DNA from: an uncultured Candidatus Saccharibacteria bacterium
GTDB lineage: Bacteria; Patescibacteriota; Minisyncoccia; Phycocordibacterales; UBA918
Assembly: GCA_964552045.1 (NCBI GenBank)
Contig: CAZKFF010000001.1
Location: forward strand, 64,120 to 128,119
Direction of reading: 5' to 3'
Length of the DNA stretch: 64,000 nucleotides
In this document: positions 57,501-64,000 of the stretch, one piece after another
Numbering within the stretch: the stretch's first letter is position 1
How the letters are laid out: every line of letters begins with the position of its first letter
The notes under the pieces: generated by a model
What the model was told of the DNA's origin: nothing
The model's database searches: none
What the model saw: the letters and a program-made list of their open reading frames with translations, nothing else
Made by a program: the position numbers and the translations under genes

Positions 57501-60500
57501 GATGGTGAGATCAGTTGTGGATGCTGTGGAACTAAGACTGATCGTATTGCCGTATGTACCGTCGCTGGAGTAGAGAACCTGATTGGTCCCATCCGTACTT
57601 GCCGACACAAACTTCCCCTCACCATAGGTCATCGAAATGAAGAAGTTCGTATTGGGAGTCGTGACCTCAGTCCACGTGATGCCGTCAGGCGAGATCATAA
57701 GGTATGTACTGCCCGTGAGCGGGTCTCCCAGTGCGGCAAAATATCCACCGCCGTACGCAAGTCCATACCAATCGGAATTGCCCGGAGTTATTCTCGTAGT
57801 CCACGTGATGCCGTCCTCTGAGGACATAGCGGTATCGGTCTCACTGACCGCAACGAATCTCCCTTCTCCATACACAACCCGCTGCCATCCGCTCGCGCTA
57901 GCCGCACTGCGGCTGGTCCAGGTAATGCCATCGGGTGAGGTCATCACGCGGTCAGAACCGGTACTCGCGACCGCCACGAAGAGGCCGTTGCCATAGGTCA
58001 CGTTTTTCCATTGATTTGCCTCAGGCGCGACCACCCCCGTCCAAATGATGCCATCTTCAGAGACCATCACGCGATATCCGCCGCCAGTAGTGTTACAGCT
58101 TGATGCATTCACGCCGCAGGCCACTGCTACGAAGAGGCCATTGCCGTAGGTGACGCTACTCCAGTTGTTCATCGCAGCTGCGGTACGGCTGGTCCAGGTA
58201 ATGCCGTCAGGCGAGGTCATGACGCGATTCGATCCAGTACTGGCGACTGCCACAAACAATCCGTCTCCATAGGTAACCCACTGCCATGAGTCTCCAACCG
58301 GCTGGGTTCGCGTAGTCCAGGTGACCCCGTCTGGAGATGACATGACATCTCCGTCCCATGAGACCGCTACGAAGGTTCCCCCACCGTACGTGATTGCGCT
58401 CCATTGTGATGATTTTGATGCGCTTCCCTCTTGCCATACGGCTGCACTATTAAAGAATTCACCCGATGAGGTGGCGGTCACATTGCCGAGTGTAGATGAG
58501 CCAGTGAGTGTTCCTGACACCGTACTGCTGCCCGTGATCACCAGTAGGCCATCATTTGAAAAGGTTCCGTTATTGATGAGGTTGCCGTTGACGGTGAGCG
58601 TTCCCGACGGGGCATTCAGTGCAGCCGTACCGCCGATGGTGAGATCGGAGGTCTCCGCGTCGTCCGCGAAGGTGATGTCGCTGTCCTCTGCACTGATTGT
58701 GAACACATTGAAGGCGTTCTCCCCCGTCATATTCCCTGCAAAGACCTTATCAGTGTCCGGCGTTCCGGTGCCTTCTGTTCCTGTCGTGTACTGGTACACC
58801 GCATCATCATCAATATCGAGTATGAACATCTTTACGCCGTCATCGCTGAACTTCACCTGCAATCCTCCACTGACCTGTGCTATTGGCGAGAAGCTGTTCG
58901 TGTAGCTTGCAGTACTGATATCAAAAGGCGTAGAAAGTGTATATCCGTACACATCCTGCCACCCGAAGAAAAAGAGTTTGGTTCCGTCAGTACTGAAATG
59001 TATACCTGAAACACTCGTATCCTGTGCCGAGAAAGAGAAACTCTCTTCATATACGGCAGTTGATACATCCCATGCCGGAGAAAGGGTGTATGCATGGATA
59101 CTGTCGCTGTTATCGCCAGCGATATACAAGCGTGTTCCGTCTGCGTTGAATGCAAGACCAAAAGGTTTTGTTTCTTCTGTGAAGAAGAACGCGTCTACAT
59201 AGGTTGCAGTAGTGATGTCGTACGGGGTGGAGAGCGACAGTTCTGCGACCGCATCACTTGAGTCCCCAGTGAAATACACTTTTGTACCGTCGTCCTTTAC
59301 GTATACCGCATTCGGAAAATCATCAAGTCCACCCACATTGAATGCGCCCTGGTATGAAGCGGTGCTGATATCCCACGGGGTACCCAGCGTGTACCAGCGG
59401 ATATTGTCAGCATCATAGCCAAGCACATAAAGATGTTCCCCATCACGGCTAAAATCCATTCCGTAGGCATTGGTTTCAGTAACGCCGAGCGAGACCGCGT
59501 CATACGAAGCGCTTGAGAGATCGTAGCCAACTGTATTGTTCTCCACCGCGACAGTCACTGTTCCATCGCCAGCGGTAAATACGCCGTCATTGGTGTAGTC
59601 TCCGTTGATCGTCAATACGGACGGAGCTACGACAGTCGAGGTTGCGGTGATAGAAAGATCGTTCACTTCCGCATCTGTTGAAAATGTCTGTGTCGTCAGG
59701 GCGTACGAACCGCTCTCTGAGGTCATGACTCGATCAGTACCATCAAGCGAGACCGCGACGAACTTCCCTTCCGCAAAGGTGACCGAACTCAGTGAATTTG
59801 CAACAGGCGTAGTTGCAAGCGACCACGTGATGCCGTCGGGTGAGGTCATGATACGGTCGTTTGTCGTATGGAAGCTTGAGACCGCTACATAGACCCCACC
59901 TCCGTATGCCACATCAACAACATTGCTGATGTCCGGCTTCGTGCGCGAGGTCCAGGTGGTGCCGTCTTGCGAGGTCATGATGTCTCCCCCCCATGAAGTG
60001 GCCACGAAGAGGCCGTTGCCGTAGCCGAGTCCGACCCATTGTTGGGCCGACGCAGCGGTGCGATTCGTCCAGGTGGTGCCGTCAGGTGAGGTCATAACGC
60101 GGTTCGTACCATCCTGAGCGACGGCGACGAAGATGTTGTTCCCATATGCCACACTATTCCATGTGTTCGCCTGGGAAGCGCTCTTCATGCTCCAGGTGAT
60201 GCCGTCGGGCGAGGTCATGACACGATCGGTCCCCGAGCCCGCGACTGCGACGAAGGTGCCGTTGCCATAGGCGACGGATTTCCACGCGCTCAGGCTGACG
60301 CTCGTCGTATCCCATGTAATGCCGTCGCTCGAATATGCCGCCCGATCGGTTCCGTCGCTCGAGACGGCGACAAACGTATCATTTCCGAATGTGACGGATT
60401 CCCACGTGTTGTCAGGGAGTGAATCGTCGTGCTCTACCCAATTCTCGCCATCAGTTGAAGTCATAACGCCCGTGCCGCTTCCGACTGTCACAAACAGTCC

Positions 60501-62690
60501 ATTACCGTAGGCGATGGATCTCCATGTCCAGGTGGGGACGTTGTGCGTTGCCCATGTCTCTCCGTCATGTTCAAAACTTGAGACCAACAAACGCCGCGCT
60601 CCGTCTGCAGTCATCACGCGGTTGGTTCCGGAGTCTGCAACCGCAACCAGCAATCCGTCTCCGTAGACCACGGATACCCACGAGCTTGCGTTCGCATCAT
60701 CAACGGCCGTCCACGTGATGCCGTCGGGCGAGGTCATGACCTGATCACTAACATCTGCCACTGCAACAGCCACGAAGTAATCTCCTGTATGCGTCACTGC
60801 TGTCCACGATCCGGTTTCGGGAACAGTACGGACTGTCCACGTGATGCCATCAGGAGAACTCATGACGCTATGGGTACCCTCGTTGAGAGAGCCTACCGCT
60901 ACATACATGCCGTCGCCGTAGGCTACGCTATTCCACCAGTTGTGTTCGGCTGCGGTTTGATTCGTCCATGTGATGCCGTCGGGCGAGGTCTCGACACGAT
61001 TGTCACCCACAGCCACAAACTGTCCATTGCCGTACGTCACAGAGTAGATACCATTCCCCGAGGAAGCCGTTCCTGAAACCCACGAAAGGCCGTCATCTGA
61101 ATACATTGCCGTACCCGTGAATGAGAGCGCCACAAATCTGCCCTCGCCATAACTGATCGAGGACCAGGCTTGCGCTGAAGCGGCACTGCGTGACGTCCAC
61201 GTGATGCCGTCGGGTGAGGTCATGACGCGGTTGGTGCCGTCTTCAGACACTGCCACAAATAAACCTTCCCCGTAGGTCACTTGTGTCCAGGTATTTGCTG
61301 CAGCAGCAGTGCGGTTCGTCCACGTGATGCCGTCGGGCGAGGTCATGACGCGGTTGGTGCCGCTTTCAGCCAAAGCAACAAACAGGCCTTCACCATAGGT
61401 GACTGATTTCCACAGATTGGCCTGTGATGCGCTGCGTGCAGTCCAATGCGTACCATCGTGTATCACCAGTTCCGTTGAGGAGCCAGTTATCAGGTTCCCC
61501 ATTTCGACAGCATCGCCGCTTATGGTGGAGTCTGTCGGCATCTGCGTTTCACCGGAAGACAGGTCAAGTGTACCGTTGTTTCCCAGGTCTCCCCCGAACA
61601 CTGTGGTGGTGGCACCAGTGAACGAGTCTCCATCACCCACATAGAATTTCTGTCCCTCTTCGATAAAGAGCATGCCTTCAACTTCATTGGCTATGAATGG
61701 AACATCACTATCTTGTAGCCCATCGTAAATAGCCATGTCGTCGATGGTCACCGCATCGGTGTCCTCATTGCGGACTATGACATGATCCTTATAGAGATCC
61801 AATCCCGATACAGCATTGGAGGCATCTGCGAGCGTAGTTATCACGGCAGCTCTGGTAGCCGGATCGCCATCGACCCATGTGACCACCGGCGTGCCCGCGG
61901 TAATGCCGGATGAGTTTGGTGTTATGGTCCAGTCTCCACTGCTGTCTGTTGTCGCAGACGCAACAGTCACTGGAGTGGTTGTACCTATGGCGATCTTAAT
62001 GGTCTTTCCAGATGTAATAGCCGTACTGCCTTCATCGGAATACAGAGTTCCCGATAAGCTCAGCGGAGGAAGCGTATAGTCGACCTCAATAGTGACATAG
62101 TCCACGTCGACATCAGCATTTGCAGCGGTAGCGAGTACGCCGAGCGCAATCCCGAAATCTGGATCTTTTATCCAGCTTGCTGTCAGCGTATTTCCCCACA
62201 GATTGGACGAACCTCCTTTCGTGATAACGGTGGAATTCGTGGTCGTCAGTGCCGTTGGGGTCGAGCACAGATTTGTGCCGACTTTTGCCCCGGAAGCATT
62301 GAGCAGCTGGCAGAGATCGAGCGAGCCGGACCCGTTTCCTGACCTGTAGAATGCATTGACACGTACGGTTATTCCATTGATGGTCGAGCCATCCGGAATG
62401 GAGCTGAAGTCAAAACCGGTCGCTTTAAGTACAGTGGTCTGGTCTCCGCTATCGTACTGCGATGCTGTCACATTGGCGGTGGCTCCATCATCTGCATAGA
62501 TGTTCGTTGGGGTGACCCAGTCATTGTCTGACCACGGTGATTCAGAAACGCCTGTACCCGAGGTCGGAAATACTGCACCAGTGGTTGCCGCTTCTGCTGT
62601 ATGCGTTCCAAAAAAGAACAGCGCGCTGAGCAGGAGCACATATATATGCATCTTTGCCTGCGTATTCTGTTGTAATAAATGAGTTTTCAT
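51600..62690 (-). CDS. giant secreted surface protein (3696 aa) built from Asp-box/BNR and beta-propeller-like repeats
   Basis: Signal peptide; a more likely start is the ATG at 62649-62651, giving MHIYVLLLSALFFFGTHTAEA. Dozens of S-x-D-G-x-T-W Asp-box units in repeats of about 40 aa (NRVMTSPDGITWT.R.AA.AN.W.SVTYGNGLFVAV). Blocks of about 50-aa repeats (YTLSTPWDISTASYD..SFSV..Q........F..DGTK.Y). Related N- and C-terminal domains. Gly-run at the C-terminus. Confidence 0.8.
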   Translation of the reverse strand: MKTHLLQQNTQAKMHIYVLLLSALFFFGTHTAEAATTGAVFPTSGTGVSESPWSDNDWVTPTNIYADDGATANVTASQYDSGDQTTVLKATGFDFSSIPDGSTINGITVRVNAFYRSGNGSGSLDLCQLLNASGAKVGTNLCSTPTALTTTNSTVITKGGSSNLWGNTLTASWIKDPDFGIALGVLATAANADVDVDYVTIEVDYTLPPLSLSGTLYSDEGSTAITSGKTIKIAIGTTTPVTVASATTDSSGDWTITPNSSGITAGTPVVTWVDGDPATRAAVITTLADASNAVSGLDLYKDHVIVRNEDTDAVTIDDMAIYDGLQDSDVPFIANEVEGMLFIEEGQKFYVGDGDSFTGATTTVFGGDLGNNGTLDLSSGETQMPTDSTISGDAVEMGNLITGSSTELVIHDGTHWTARSASQANLWKSVTYGEGLFVALAESGTNRVMTSPDGITWTNRTAAAANTWTQVTYGEGLFVAVSEDGTNRVMTSPDGITWTSRSAASAQAWSSISYGEGRFVALSFTGTAMYSDDGLSWVSGTASSGNGIYSVTYGNGQFVAVGDNRVETSPDGITWTNQTAAEHNWWNSVAYGDGMYVAVGSLNEGTHSVMSSPDGITWTVRTVPETGSWTAVTHTGDYFVAVAVADVSDQVMTSPDGITWTAVDDANASSWVSVVYGDGLLVAVADSGTNRVMTADGARRLLVSSFEHDGETWATHNVPTWTWRSIAYGNGLFVTVGSGTGVMTSTDGENWVEHDDSLPDNTWESVTFGNDTFVAVSSDGTDRAAYSSDGITWDTTSVSLSAWKSVAYGNGTFVAVAGSGTDRVMTSPDGITWSMKSASQANTWNSVAYGNNIFVAVAQDGTNRVMTSPDGTTWTNRTAASAQQWVGLGYGNGLFVATSWGGDIMTSQDGTTWTSRTKPDISNVVDVAYGGGVYVAVSSFHTTNDRIMTSPDGITWSLATTPVANSLSSVTFAEGKFVAVSLDGTDRVMTSESGSYALTTQTFSTDAEVNDLSITATSTVVAPSVLTINGDYTNDGVFTAGDGTVTVAVENNTVGYDLSSASYDAVSLGVTETNAYGMDFSRDGEHLYVLGYDADNIRWYTLGTPWDISTASYQGAFNVGGLDDFPNAVYVKDDGTKVYFTGDSSDAVAELSLSTPYDITTATYVDAFFFTEETKPFGLAFNADGTRLYIAGDNSDSIHAYTLSPAWDVSTAVYEESFSFSAQDTSVSGIHFSTDGTKLFFFGWQDVYGYTLSTPFDISTASYTNSFSPIAQVSGGLQVKFSDDGVKMFILDIDDDAVYQYTTGTEGTGTPDTDKVFAGNMTGENAFNVFTISAEDSDITFADDAETSDLTIGGTAALNAPSGTLTVNGNLINNGTFSNDGLLVITGSSTVSGTLTGSSTLGNVTATSSGEFFNSAAVWQEGSASKSSQWSAITYGGGTFVAVSWDGDVMSSPDGVTWTTRTQPVGDSWQWVTYGDGLFVAVASTGSNRVMTSPDGITWTSRTAAAMNNWSSVTYGNGLFVAVACGVNASSCNTTGGGYRVMVSEDGIIWTGVVAPEANQWKNVTYGNGLFVAVASTGSDRVMTSPDGITWTSRSAASASGWQRVVYGEGRFVAVSETDTAMSSEDGITWTTRITPGNSDWYGLAYGGGYFAALGDPLTGSTYLMISPDGITWTEVTTPNTNFFISMTYGEGKFVSASTDGTNQVLYSSDGTYGNTISLSSTASTTDLTIGGQTTLIAPAELTISGDYANTGVFAHHNGIVNFDGSGIQAFSGGMTGSSAFNAVSFSGNGTKTFSDNASTSDFTIASGATVEAPEVLTITGDYTNNGTFDSGSGLTYIVGTTTASTTAIASWDITTATYDGVAYSVTSQESQVTSLAFKPDGTKFFINGYNSDAVAEYSLSSAWDVTTASYVNEFSTASQDSFVEKVSFSSDGTKMFALGSGNDRVFQYTLSSAWDVTTASYDSVSFSVTTQDATPFGMTFKQDGTRMYIGGDANNRVYSYTLSTPWDISSASYDSKSFSVNTQQTNIQDVAFNDDGTKMFVSGYLNDYISPYTLSTPWDVTTAVYDGTSISVTSQEDFPDGFEFKPDGSKMYVHGESASDIFPYSLDYSETTTYTGTTTLSGNMTGSSAFNDITIDAPQLFVPDGANWTAQNQSENSTWSAITYGNGTFVALAYTGTNRVMTSPDGITWTSRSASQANSWNSLTYGEGLFVAVAGNGTNQVMTSPDGVTWTNRSAAAQNEWYSVTYGGGQFVAIAHNNIDGTATCSTSCVMTSPDGITWTARTAAAANKWERVVYGEGLYVAIASTGTDLVMTSPDGITWTSRNVPGSTWYGLGYGGGTFVAVAYDNVMTSEDGITWSIVSSGYEANSWQSVTYGGGLFVAVSPDGTNQIMTSSDNGANWTPRASINVNKWWDIVYGENKFVAIAQQTSAGATCTTNCVMTSADGELLGEVVFANNASTSDLSITEDTYVTAPSQFSIAGDYENNGTIDWGNGTTTIHGGTQTFSGNLTGSSSFGTLEVASVDTPVVEGGQTWTVRTAAEANQWHSVTYGNGQFVAVALTGTNRVMTSPDGITWTARTAAAANQWRSVTYGDGLFVAVSQDGTNRVMTSPDGITWTVRTAAEANQWRSVTYGDDLFVAVSSDGTNRVMTSPDGITWTARSATEANTWTSVTYGDGLFVAVSQDGTNRVMTSPDGITWTARAAEASSWISVVHGNGTFVAVAQAGTNRVMSSEDGITWTSHSATEASFWHSVSYGNGLFVAVSLGGTDQVMTSPDGITWTARQEGAASSWRSVTYGNGTFVAVAQSGTDLVMTSPGNTGGVPVTTFTDPVEAAKLVAITPGITLEFPADATSTFASIQIDGAENDEIVLRSTQDGTQWGLDADTQISVTYVDVMDSNACDSASTITAASSTDSGNNDCWDITAPAGGGGAGTISSASNQIFGYGQATTSIAAITITDAETPTITAANDLRITIDTTKTNMKWDTTDTTAVFGGTASGKVSNPVSYEDSGATLVVPVSNDFSGGDTLTISGLSFTQFNALAAPTSTLSFVVDQESGSYDVSTAIFNGISLSVSSQEDAPRAMLFNNNGTTLYVMGSTGDDINAYTLSTPYDISTATFDEIALSVAAQEINPRSMLFNNTGTVLYVMGTSGLDINTYTLSTPYDISTATFDEIAFSVSAEGSFPYDMEFNNTGTVLYVVQASGGEINAYTLSTPYDISTATFDEIAFSVLSEENAPSDIFFNNTGTVLYVVGLTGQDINAYTLSTPYDISTATFDEIAFSVAAQESAPAAALFNNDGTTLYVMGYTGDDINAYTLDPVAATGVHDDKTVAIYGAANLADHTAGQIDNAFSYQNKSDEPLFAFNLAPVGENATITSAVFTLSGIHRIDSSNIGDFKLYRDNNSNGTADASDNQIGGTGVLAITGQSGTITFSTSWDATTTKDYVLTGDVTGVHTNEYLTIDLNRNGVTGTGATTEGVVVPLGGVTSVQHIRGGNKGGGSLFSAEVGDDAPEGDGDIGGGGNNGGGGVGEEDNGEQIGNEPGFKAPTATGELYNEWTNGSNALTSDDVYATAASADLRQSYSVFGFNVPAGNTVTGIEVKLEASGSTGAGTIQVALSWNGDESVTATKATSVLTGSDAVYTLGGASDTWGRSWSPSDLSGGNFFVRVIDQPDQNTVKVDAIQVKPYTQAGGGGGGGGGEI
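54300..55100 (-). repeat. near-identical ~120-nt tandem coding repeats inside the giant gene
   Basis: ccaggtaatgccgtcgggcgaggtcatgacgcggttggtgcc... recurs about every 120 nt. It encodes TVRTAAEANQWRSVTYGDGLFVAVSQDGTNRVMTSPDGITWT units. Looser copies appear elsewhere at 55700-61400. Confidence 0.8.
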
Positions 62691-62700
62691 ACGTTATGCG

Positions 62701-63984
62701 TTATGCAGTGGGGGTCTGTTGCGGTTCTTCCTGCGGGCTTTCTTCGGCCGGTGCTTCTGCTGTCGCTTCTTCCTGTGGTTCTTCCGGCTGTACCTGTTCT
62801 TCTTCTGTGATTTCTTCAGATGCTTCCTGCGGCGGTTCAATCTCTTCTGTAGGTGTTTCTTGTTCCTGCGGTTGCTCCTGTTGCGGTTCTTCAGTTTCTG
62901 GTTCTTCCTGCGGCGGTGTTTCTGGCTGTTCCTGTTCCCCTGTACTGCTTTCTATCTGCGTATCTTCTTCCTCCTGCGCCGCTGCTTCGCCGCTTCCCTC
63001 TGGGGACGCGGGCGCTTCCTGCGGCGGCGGTGCTACCGGTTCTCCTGAACCCGAACCGCCTTCTGGACGATTAACCTCCTGCAGAAGCGCGCGCAAATCA
63101 TCGGCAGTGAGACACACGCCGTCAACGCAGAGCTGATTCTCGACGTACACATTCTCTGCACGCAAGCCCGTGATCGAGAGGACGCCATCGACGAATCCCT
63201 GCGCAAGCGTCTTAATGCGGCTCCAGAGTGTCTCTTCACCGTCGCCGTCAAGCACGAGATTAGTCGATGTGGAAGTCAGCTCCGCAAGGATCGTTTCGGT
63301 GTTTGCAGGCTGCCAGCCCAAGTTCACAAACATAAGCGCCTGTCCCACACGCACCTCTTCTCCGTCTGCAGTCTCCATCTCTGCAGCATCTTCGCGAGCA
63401 AGTTTACGAAGCGCCTGCTGCATGTTTTCGTGCTCATCAGAGATCGCCGACTCAACGGATTGGAAGCGTTCAACATCGCGCGGCGTGCATTCCTCTTCTT
63501 TCTCACCAAGTGCGCCGCCGCCGCCGAAGTAGCAGCCGTCATTGATGCGCTCGTCTTGCTCAACAGAGTCAGGCGTGGTGTCAGGTTCAGCGATGTCATC
63601 GCCGAACTGATCGATGAATCCCTCCGAGTAGGCATAGTCGCCGTTGAAGTCCTCAAGCGCAACGCCGACCACAGTGCCGCTCTCTGTTGCTTTCATGCCG
63701 ATTCCCGGAATAGACGAGAGCATGATCTTGTCTCCGGCGTTGATCGGTCCGTTCTCTGTTGAGAGCTTGACCGGAACACGTCCCTTAAGTGCAACTGGAT
63801 ATCCTTCCTGGCCGGAGATAAGCGACGAGTCATCGAATCCGAGCGTGAGGCCCGGTTTGGTCGAGACCACTCCGATGATATTGCCTGCATTGGTGCTGTC
63901 TGCCTTTTCAATACTGAGGATTCCTGCGGTTGCGATGATCTCGCCCGGCTGCAGGTCTTGTGACGAGAAGTACATTTCGGCCAA
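62701..63984 (-). CDS. hypothetical protein with Glu/Pro/Gln-rich C-terminal tail, immediately upstream of the giant gene (N-terminus may lie beyond the window)
   Basis: Long ORF ending 10 nt before the giant-gene start. Structured N-terminal part. C-terminal 110 aa of low-complexity EEPQQEQ repeats. Confidence 0.5.
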   Translation of the reverse strand: MAEMYFSSQDLQPGEIIATAGILSIEKADSTNAGNIIGVVSTKPGLTLGFDDSSLISGQEGYPVALKGRVPVKLSTENGPINAGDKIMLSSIPGIGMKATESGTVVGVALEDFNGDYAYSEGFIDQFGDDIAEPDTTPDSVEQDERINDGCYFGGGGALGEKEEECTPRDVERFQSVESAISDEHENMQQALRKLAREDAAEMETADGEEVRVGQALMFVNLGWQPANTETILAELTSTSTNLVLDGDGEETLWSRIKTLAQGFVDGVLSITGLRAENVYVENQLCVDGVCLTADDLRALLQEVNRPEGGSGSGEPVAPPPQEAPASPEGSGEAAAQEEEDTQIESSTGEQEQPETPPQEEPETEEPQQEQPQEQETPTEEIEPPQEASEEITEEEQVQPEEPQEEATAEAPAEESPQEEPQQTPTA

Positions 63985-64000
63985 GTCTGAGTTGCCGACT

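Noticed and set aside
62654-63136. Plus-strand ORFs 62654..63136, 62719..63048 and 62853..63074 (Cys/Ser/Gly-rich or Phe/Leu/Arg-rich)
   Set aside because: Antisense or frame artefacts of the EEPQQEQ-encoding repeat DNA of the 62701..63984 gene.
1-64000. Searched for CRISPR arrays, rRNA, integrase/transposase/IS elements and reverse transcriptase (DGR) signatures
   Set aside because: No short direct-repeat/spacer array, no rRNA-like conserved blocks, no ORF with integrase, transposase or RT (YxDD) motifs. The tRNA-fragment scars at 33530-33800 are the only hint of past integration.

Overview
The 64-kb window is gene-dense, about 55% GC, and almost entirely transcribed on the minus strand. 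It reads like a reduced-genome bacterium, possibly Patescibacteria/CPR-like (inference). Core genes are unusually short: SMC 758 aa, PheT 645 aa, PheS 241 aa, ThrRS 594 aa without a TGS domain, RF1 323 aa. The cell envelope is elaborate.

Housekeeping genes I can support:
- Translation and RNA processing: rpsP and a KH protein, RNase R, RNase III, a NusB-Nudix fusion, L32, RNase HII, thrS, pheS-pheT, tsf-rpsB, prfA, L31 and L25.
- DNA metabolism: smc, dnaE, gyrB-like.
- A compact sugar-phosphate cluster: GAPDH, an RpiB-Rpe fusion, a split transketolase and a PfkB kinase.
- One clear tRNA-Thr(UGU), flanked by tRNA-derived fragments.

Accessory and surface content is the more interesting part:
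- Two type IV pilin-like genes; one carries a long Tyr-rich pentapeptide repeat.
- A sortase cluster whose substrate ends in VPYTG + TM + KKK and carries the same S-x-YY-x-Q repeat.
- A four-gene surface operon: two paralogous secreted proteins, a C-terminally anchored protein and an FN3 protein.
- A Cys-rich secreted protein.
- A PD40 beta-propeller protein.
- An 11-kb giant gene (3696 aa) packed with Asp-box/BNR and propeller-like repeats.
- An AT-rich 2-kb islet encoding a DNRLRE-like + M23 peptidase.
- A Tat-secreted protease-like protein with a peptidoglycan-binding domain.
- A coiled-coil lytic transglycosylase.

Six hairpin terminators are annotated. A T-box-like motif upstream of thrS is weak evidence only. 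I found no rRNA, CRISPR array, integrase, transposase or reverse transcriptase. TGA is used as a stop, so the standard genetic code applies.
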